Shown: positions 58,160 through 64,000 of the stretch, piece after piece
Position numbering within the stretch: position 1 is the first letter of the stretch
Layout: each line of letters begins with the position of its first letter
From: Candidatus Zixiibacteriota bacterium
GTDB lineage: Bacteria > Zixibacteria > MSB-5A5 > JAABVY01 > JAHJOQ01
DNA length: 64,000 bases
Assembly: GCA_018820315.1 (NCBI GenBank)
Contig: JAHJOQ010000110.1
Coordinates: 2,874-66,873, forward strand
Reading direction: 5' to 3'
Translations under genes and position numbers: made by a program
The notes under the pieces: generated by a model
The model's input: only the letters and a program-made list of their open reading frames with translations
Told to the model about the DNA's origin: nothing
Database searches by the model: none

Positions 58160-59073
58160 GAAACGATGCTTCCTGACGGCTCCCGCGAAGCAAACCACAC
58201 TCCCACCAACACAAGGGCAATCCCGAAACCTAGCCGGGCTGTAATACTCTCATCGAGGATTAGCCAGCCGAGAAAGAGCGCTACAATCGGCGTGACAAAT
58301 CCGACCAGCGACAGTGTGACAGCATTCATTCTCGATAACAGATAGAAGAAAGCCCAGAATGCAAACGCTGTTCCGACCAGAGCAAGATGCAACGTCGAAA
58401 GAATCGTGTTGGCGTTGAGCTTGAGTGCAGATACGTCATCAAATACAAGCGCCATTACCAACAACAGAATAAAGCCTGGTATCATCTGCGTGTGCGTCAA
58501 CAGAAGCGGATCGACATGGCGCAGATGTTTTCTCACGAATACCGTGGTAAATCCCGCTGTCGCCGAAGCGAGCGTGATAACGACAGCCCCCCATATTGCC
58601 ATTTCCCCATGCAGAGAGATATCGCCGAGATAGATCACGACTATTCCGGCAAAGCCTACAACGATGCCGATGACTTTTAACACGGTCACCCTCTCGCTGC
58701 GGAGCATCATGTATGAAAACATCGCAACGAAAAATGGAATCGATGCGAACAGAACCGAGGCGGTCCCTGACGACACGTAATTCTGTCCCCAGTGAATGAA
58801 TCCATAACTCACGCCGTACGACAGCGATCCTACCAGCATGATTTTGCCCCAATTGCCAGAAATCGATTGATAGCTCGGGCGTTTGAATAGTATCACCGAG
58901 CCAAGGGCTATAAAACTGATGAAAAACCTTATGGTGGCAAGCCAGAATGGCGGGGCCGATTCGAGGCCGATTTTCACGACCGGCCAGTTCGATCCCCACG
59001 CAAGCGCAAGTGCTACGAAGAGTATGAATTCACGCAAGCTTCTAATCTCCTCCGAATCTGGAGATAAGTGCAA
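58147..59073 (-). CDS. EamA/DMT family transporter
   Basis: AWGSNWPVVKIG, PPFWLATIRF, duplicated 5-TM halves, TPIVALFLG..ILDE. Confidence 0.9.
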   Translation of the reverse strand: MHLSPDSEEIRSLREFILFVALALAWGSNWPVVKIGLESAPPFWLATIRFFISFIALGSVILFKRPSYQSISGNWGKIMLVGSLSYGVSYGFIHWGQNYVSSGTASVLFASIPFFVAMFSYMMLRSERVTVLKVIGIVVGFAGIVVIYLGDISLHGEMAIWGAVVITLASATAGFTTVFVRKHLRHVDPLLLTHTQMIPGFILLLVMALVFDDVSALKLNANTILSTLHLALVGTAFAFWAFFYLLSRMNAVTLSLVGFVTPIVALFLGWLILDESITARLGFGIALVLVGVWFASREPSGSIVSQKS

Positions 59074-59139
59074 TCCGGCGCCAAGTCAACCTGAATTCGC
59101 AGTCTGCATGATTTGCGTGGAAGATTGCCGGACAGCCGG

Positions 59140-59967
59140 CTAGTGCGCTGTACCAGCAGAAGCACTCGTCGGTGAAGGTGTCGAGTGAATGATTTTGAGG
59201 TCCTTGATTTCTATCACCTGTGGCTCAGTCTTACCAGTCTCAACTATCGAACAGCCCCAGATCGACCGGACATGCGCTCTGTTCCATCGGGTCAAATCGA
59301 TTTCGATCTGTGTGAACTCCTTTGAGAGAGTCTTGTCGACCGCTGGAAAGGTGCCGTTCGGAGAATCGCAATCCTCGATAAGCGAGAAGAACTGAACGTC
59401 TATCTCGCTGGCTTGTGATCGTGCGAGGAATGTAATCTTCTCGGCGTTTTCCATGTCGTAACCATCTTTGCCGAGGAGGATTTCCTCGTCAGGCGAGAGA
59501 GTGAAAATGCAGCTGATGCGATCAGAGTTGTGATTGCTGAAACTCAGAATAACAGTTGATCCGCGATCACCACTGCAATCAGATTCGATCAATGAGCCGC
59601 ACGATTCGATTCTCGCAAATCGGCTCTGGTCACTGCATGGCACAACCGGCTCCGGTTCACCCTCGCGGACAAGCGTCACGTTGTAGCTGACTGTATCCGC
59701 CGATTCCGGAATAGTGGCGAGGCAGTACCGTACCATGAACCCTTCGCGCGATGCTGATATCGCACAATCAATATGATCTGACTCCACATAGGTAAGCGCC
59801 ACGCCATCTTTGTCGGTGAAGAAGTAATTCTCGCGACAATCCACAAAAAGCATCACATCCGGCACCGGGTAACCATTTGAATTATGGAATATGCCTTTCA
59901 GTATGACGCCGGCTGCAGGCTGAGATATGCAGAATAGCAGTAAGAATGCAATGACAGTACGACTCAT
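59140..59967 (-). CDS. Secreted Cys-rich hypothetical protein (carboxypeptidase-regulatory-like N-terminus, possible CBM-like beta-sandwich C-terminus)
   Basis: Signal peptide from ATG 59967; GYPVPDV, TDKDG; C-terminal ITFLARS, FTQIEIDL..W, IEIKDLKI. Confidence 0.55.
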   Translation of the reverse strand: MSRTVIAFLLLFCISQPAAGVILKGIFHNSNGYPVPDVMLFVDCRENYFFTDKDGVALTYVESDHIDCAISASREGFMVRYCLATIPESADTVSYNVTLVREGEPEPVVPCSDQSRFARIESCGSLIESDCSGDRGSTVILSFSNHNSDRISCIFTLSPDEEILLGKDGYDMENAEKITFLARSQASEIDVQFFSLIEDCDSPNGTFPAVDKTLSKEFTQIEIDLTRWNRAHVRSIWGCSIVETGKTEPQVIEIKDLKIIHSTPSPTSASAGTAH

Positions 59968-60103
59968 GAATCGGATTCCTTTCCAGCATTCTATCGGCAA
60001 ATTGACGGTTTGGAGGCATCGCGCGGAAGCCTCAAACGGCCATTCTGTTCAAGTTTACAGCAGTGCGTCTGCGGATTTCGATTTCGATAATCTTAGTTAT
60101 CCT

Positions 60104-60132
60104 TTGACACCGGATTAGCTATTGCGTAGTTT
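60104..60132 (+). promoter_or_regulatory. Sigma70-type promoter, possibly producing a leaderless mRNA
   Basis: TTGACA (60104-09), 17 nt, TAGTTT (60127-32); in-frame ATG at 60139. Confidence 0.5.
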
Positions 60133-60138
60133 ATGGCC

Positions 60139-60600
60139 ATGGAAGAGACAAAGCCGAAAGAGACAACTCCCGAGACCGAACCGATCATAGCCTGGTCAAT
60201 CCATCCGGCAAAGCAGAGGCTCTGGGTGACAGCTGCGGTGATAGTCTTTATTCTGATAATCGCCATCGGCATTTATTCGTGGACTGTCTCGGCACTATTT
60301 ACGGCGCTTGCGACGATGATACTGATCGGTTCACTATCAGGCTACTTCTTCCCGACTTCATACAAATTCTACGACGACCAGGTTGTGGTCAAATATACGA
60401 TCACAAGCATCAAGAAAGAGTGGTCTCAGTACAGATCGTATTACAAAGACAAGAGTGGCGTGCTTCTTTCGCCGTTCACCCAGCGGTCGCGTCTCGAAAA
60501 CTTCAGGGGCATATACATACGCTTCGGAGATTGCGATCGGGAACGTGTGATGGAATTCATAAAATGCAAAGTCGAAAGTGACGACAATGGGACTCGGTGA
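60139..60600 (+). CDS. Hypothetical membrane protein (2 TM + PH-like soluble domain)
   Basis: WSIHPAK, two TM helices, YFFPTSY, GVLLSPF..SRLENFRG. Confidence 0.65.
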   Translation: MEETKPKETTPETEPIIAWSIHPAKQRLWVTAAVIVFILIIAIGIYSWTVSALFTALATMILIGSLSGYFFPTSYKFYDDQVVVKYTITSIKKEWSQYRSYYKDKSGVLLSPFTQRSRLENFRGIYIRFGDCDRERVMEFIKCKVESDDNGTR

Positions 60601-61072
60601 TATGATTCCGGGCAGCAAGGGGCAGCCGGAGAGTCAGAAAGAACTCCCGCCGGAGCAGCAGGAGATTCTCGAAAAAGTCGCGAAAAAAGTCGTGCGGTGG
60701 CGCATGGCTGTCCCGGCGATCATGGCGCTTGAAACTGCCAAGCCGCTCACCTTCATCGGGTCGCAGGTGATGGTATTCTTCGAGCCGATTGTGCAGACAA
60801 TATTCTCGATAAAGTACTACGACACCTTTCGTGAAATGATGGAAGATCGCGAGAATGTCGAACGGCTGCTCTTGTGTATTGAGAAATTCGACGCCGAGCT
60901 CAAGGTCAGAGAGAAAGACTACAACAAGAAGCTCAAGAGATATCTCAAGAAGCAGTCCTGGGGCAAGCGTTTCTGGATGTGGCTTACCGGCCGCTATCCC
61001 AATCTCGAACAGCTCGAAAAAGAGCTGTCAAAGTATGGCGCTATGTCGAGCGAAGATCTCGACGCTAAATGA
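60587..61072 (+). CDS. Conserved hypothetical protein
   Basis: ILEKVAKKVVRWRMAVPAIMALETAKPLTFIGSQVMVFFEP; overlaps the upstream gene. Confidence 0.65.
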   Translation: MGLGDMIPGSKGQPESQKELPPEQQEILEKVAKKVVRWRMAVPAIMALETAKPLTFIGSQVMVFFEPIVQTIFSIKYYDTFREMMEDRENVERLLLCIEKFDAELKVREKDYNKKLKRYLKKQSWGKRFWMWLTGRYPNLEQLEKELSKYGAMSSEDLDAK

Positions 61073-61082
61073 CGCCGACCTC

Positions 61083-63977
61083 TCAGCAATCCCCCGGTGC
61101 CGGGCCACCTGAAAATATATACGCGATCAGATAAACCACATCATCGATATCAATAGCGCCGGAGCAATCCGCATCACCTGAACCGATCGGATCGGGAACC
61201 GGGCCGCCTGAGAAAATATAGGCGATCAGGTACACGACGTCATCAATATCGACCGCGCCGCTGCCATCGGCATCACCCGGAACAAAAACGTTAGCTATCG
61301 AGAAACTCGCCCTCGGTGAATACGCCGTCGTAACGACAGGCGCCGACGACGGTGTCGCCGCCACGCGCCAGTAATAGTCTCCCTCAGCAAGTGGATCGGT
61401 TGCAATTGACGATCCGGACGGCTGAGTCGCGCTATACACGACATTGGTGAATCCGAATTCTGTCGCCACCTGTACCTGATATGACGCTGCTCCCTCGGAT
61501 GCAGTCCAGCGCAGTTCTGGTGTCTCCGTGCCGACCAACGCTCCCCCCTTCGGCGATATCGGCAAAGGAACATCAATATTCGTGTGGGAGAGAATCCACG
61601 CGTACCAGCCCTGCAGAAAGGCAACCAATGATGCATGGTCGAGTCTCTCAATACCATATGCACAGAATGTCGTCGCTAGCGTACCGACAACAGGATCGCC
61701 GCTCGGATAGCTAACGGCTATCGCACCATCATCGAGCGCCTCCTGCAACGTGGCTGCTGCACCGGCTCCGGCGATTATGAAATCGGAATAGTCATAGAAT
61801 GTCCATTCCATGCTCGTTCCGCTAAAGCCGTCCATATATGATCCGGGAACGCCTTCAATCAGATAAGCTCCTTGATCCTCCTGAGGCACGCCGGTGACAT
61901 GCATGTAGCCGGCAAGGAACGAGTCCATGCCGAGATCGTAGATATAGTCCTGGCTGAATAGACCAACACGACCGGCGTTGTCGAGATACTGCTGCAGCAC
62001 TGTCCGCTCTGCGGATGTCAGGCACTTCTCATAATCAGGGTCCGACGTTCGCGTGCCAAAATATGATCCGTTCGTCCAAAGCACGAGCTGATATGGTATG
62101 AGCTTGTCGTATTCAGGAGTGCCATCGGAGAATGTGCGATAGACATCAAAGGCAACACCTGCATCATACATCGCATCAACAAGATTGTCCGACCAGTTCG
62201 AGCCGTTATTGTCGAGCACCAGCAGAATCTTCTGGCGATTGATGTCGATTCTGATCGGAATATCCTGCGGACTACCGTCCGCAGTCAGGTGCAGATTGAA
62301 TGTTGCCGCCGAATCGAAATCTGCGATTCCTGTCAGCACTTCGAACCTGAACGGTGATGGTTCATTCGCGACAACCGACGCGTGGCTGGCGCTGCCGTAG
62401 TCGGCGCTGTTATCAATAATCGAGACGCGCGTATCTGATGTGCTCAGAATCCCGCTGAGACCTGCCGCACCGCCACCGTCGCACGCGAGTGATATCACAA
62501 GATCGACCACCTCGCCGGAATCGGCATCAGAATTGAAATTCGGTGGTGCACCGAGCGAGACCGTGTCGAGAATGTCGTACGAACTCAACCTGTAGATTGG
62601 TTCGTCGGGATCGACGATGAGATCAAGTAGCATCGAATCGGCATAGTATTCAATGCTCGCGATGGTCACGATGTCGGTAGTGTTATTGTAATCGAAGCTG
62701 TTGGGATTCGACGAAAACGAGAAATAGTCGTTCCCGGTCGCTCCGGGGTAGAGATCGCCCGCGTCTCCCCTGTTTGTGCGAGGGTGTCTATTGCCGCCAC
62801 CGTAATCTTTTTCGAGATCGAAACTGCCGTCAGCCTGCTCTAATGTGACGTAACGATGGCTCTCGTCCTGCTGCCATCCGTTCTCATCGACATGCCAGAT
62901 CGCCAAACCGCCATCCCCTCTGAAAAGTGAATCGAAACCGATCTTTGCGCGGTCTTCTACAAGAAAATACTCGTGCGGGCTAATTGGGTGATGAATTCTA
63001 TAACAGACGGGTGAAGTGACGGCCGGCGGAATCACGAGACCGATCATGTTGGCAGTTACATCAATAGGCGTCATCCAGCCCATTCTCAGCTTCATTTCGG
63101 CGCACATGTGTGTCGGACGTTCCGGGTTGCCGGGAAGCGCGCCCCATGACCCAGCCGCCATCAAGCAGTACACGCCGATCCCCTCCGATGTGCCGTCGGT
63201 GTCGTACAGATCGGGAAGTCCAAGAACATGCCCGTACTCATGGCAGAAAACTCCGATTTCGATCATCGCGCCGCCGAGAAGCTCTTCCGGCTCTATTGAG
63301 TAACGACCAGTTGAAACGAAGTCATTTGTGTATACTTCATGATACCATGCATGCGACCAGATGTCGTTCGGATCGCCTGTCTCTTCACCGCCCGGACCGG
63401 CATGCACGAGGAATATTCCCTCCGCGTAGCCGTCGCCGTTATTGTCAAACTGTGCGAAGTTTATTGTCGGATCAAGGATGTTCACACAATCCTCAAGCAA
63501 TCCCTGAGAGTTGTTCGGATACCATCCCATGCCGTAATTGCCGTCTGAATAGTATGTGTATGGATGCGGAGCCATTATCCACGCAGTGACAGTTCCGGTT
63601 GGTGAAAATGCACCATATGAGACTTCCTGATAGTATTCGAGAAGCGAACCGGTCGGGATAACGCCCGTAGAAAACATCAAGTCATCATAGGCTAACTGTG
63701 GATGATTGACATCGTCCGCCTGATTATCAGGGAATTCTACAAGGATCAGCAGGAGATTATCAGTATTGTTCGGTCTTTTCAGGGCTGCCTCTTCGAGGTC
63801 CTTCTTCATAGTTGGTGGCAACTTCGGGATACCATGCTTGACGCCTTCCGGTACCGGCATACCGAGCCGTTCAGTATACCACTCCGGAGGAGCCGGCGGC
63901 ATCACTGCCAGAGTCCATGAGCTGAGAACCAAAATGAGAACAAAGCTCAAGCACGTTAGTCTAATGAGATTCTTCAC
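61083..63977 (-). CDS. Secreted M6 (immune inhibitor A) metalloprotease with C-terminal dockerin-like domain
   Basis: Signal peptide; SLLEYYQEVSYG, IWSH, CHEYGHVLGLPDLY (HExxHxxGxxD), CLMAAGSW, YFLVE; C-terminal duplicated GDADxSGxxDIDDVVYLIAYIFSGG. Confidence 0.92.
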   Translation of the reverse strand: MKNLIRLTCLSFVLILVLSSWTLAVMPPAPPEWYTERLGMPVPEGVKHGIPKLPPTMKKDLEEAALKRPNNTDNLLLILVEFPDNQADDVNHPQLAYDDLMFSTGVIPTGSLLEYYQEVSYGAFSPTGTVTAWIMAPHPYTYYSDGNYGMGWYPNNSQGLLEDCVNILDPTINFAQFDNNGDGYAEGIFLVHAGPGGEETGDPNDIWSHAWYHEVYTNDFVSTGRYSIEPEELLGGAMIEIGVFCHEYGHVLGLPDLYDTDGTSEGIGVYCLMAAGSWGALPGNPERPTHMCAEMKLRMGWMTPIDVTANMIGLVIPPAVTSPVCYRIHHPISPHEYFLVEDRAKIGFDSLFRGDGGLAIWHVDENGWQQDESHRYVTLEQADGSFDLEKDYGGGNRHPRTNRGDAGDLYPGATGNDYFSFSSNPNSFDYNNTTDIVTIASIEYYADSMLLDLIVDPDEPIYRLSSYDILDTVSLGAPPNFNSDADSGEVVDLVISLACDGGGAAGLSGILSTSDTRVSIIDNSADYGSASHASVVANEPSPFRFEVLTGIADFDSAATFNLHLTADGSPQDIPIRIDINRQKILLVLDNNGSNWSDNLVDAMYDAGVAFDVYRTFSDGTPEYDKLIPYQLVLWTNGSYFGTRTSDPDYEKCLTSAERTVLQQYLDNAGRVGLFSQDYIYDLGMDSFLAGYMHVTGVPQEDQGAYLIEGVPGSYMDGFSGTSMEWTFYDYSDFIIAGAGAAATLQEALDDGAIAVSYPSGDPVVGTLATTFCAYGIERLDHASLVAFLQGWYAWILSHTNIDVPLPISPKGGALVGTETPELRWTASEGAASYQVQVATEFGFTNVVYSATQPSGSSIATDPLAEGDYYWRVAATPSSAPVVTTAYSPRASFSIANVFVPGDADGSGAVDIDDVVYLIAYIFSGGPVPDPIGSGDADCSGAIDIDDVVYLIAYIFSGGPAPGDC
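61086..61280 (-). repeat. Tandem dockerin-like (EF-hand-type) repeat
   Basis: GDADGSGAVDIDDVVYLIAYIFSGGPVP and GDADCSGAIDIDDVVYLIAYIFSGGPAP. Confidence 0.85.
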
Positions 63978-64000
63978 GACGGCTCTCCTTTATCAACACT

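Noticed and set aside
1-64000. CRISPR arrays, rRNA/tRNA genes, transposases, integrases, in-frame Sec/Pyl recoding
   Set aside because: None seen by eye: no regularly spaced repeats, no DDE/tyrosine recombinase motifs, no gene split by a single in-frame TGA/TAG. A tRNAscan/Infernal run would be needed to exclude small RNAs.

Overview
A 64 kb, gene-dense bacterial chromosomal segment, probably from the FCB superphylum. The C-terminal GDADxSGxxDIDDVVYLIAYIFSGG dockerin-like tandem repeat on the M6 protease suggests candidate phylum Zixibacteria (inference). Core content: partial secreted agmatine/peptidylarginine deiminase; alpha-2-macroglobulin + PBP1C pair; ABC exporter; divergent prs; endonuclease V; M20 amidohydrolase; cdaR-tsaD; stand-alone ERCC4/XPF-HhH protein; an 11-gene complex I-like operon nuoABCDHIJKLMN with no nuoEFG, preceded by a Rex/Crp-type palindrome; DUF502 + PTS-EIIA-CBS; TerC; Na/Pi transporter + PhoU; CorC-type protein; M16 peptidase pair; SppA with a probable beta-barrel N-terminus; PlpD-like patatin-POTRA-barrel; and an M6 protease with dockerin. 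Two accessory modules stand out. (1) A two-gene Panacea-like/DUF488 + conserved unknown module (13.0-14.7 kb), preceded by a truncated glyoxalase-like gene start: a candidate uncharacterised conflict/defence system. (2) A low-GC methyltransferase + PD-(D/E)xK endonuclease pair (39.9-42.5 kb) whose stop codon overlaps a 57-bp attC-like hairpin. I saw no rRNA, tRNA, CRISPR array or intact transposase/integrase. All family assignments come from motif recognition by eye, not from database searches.
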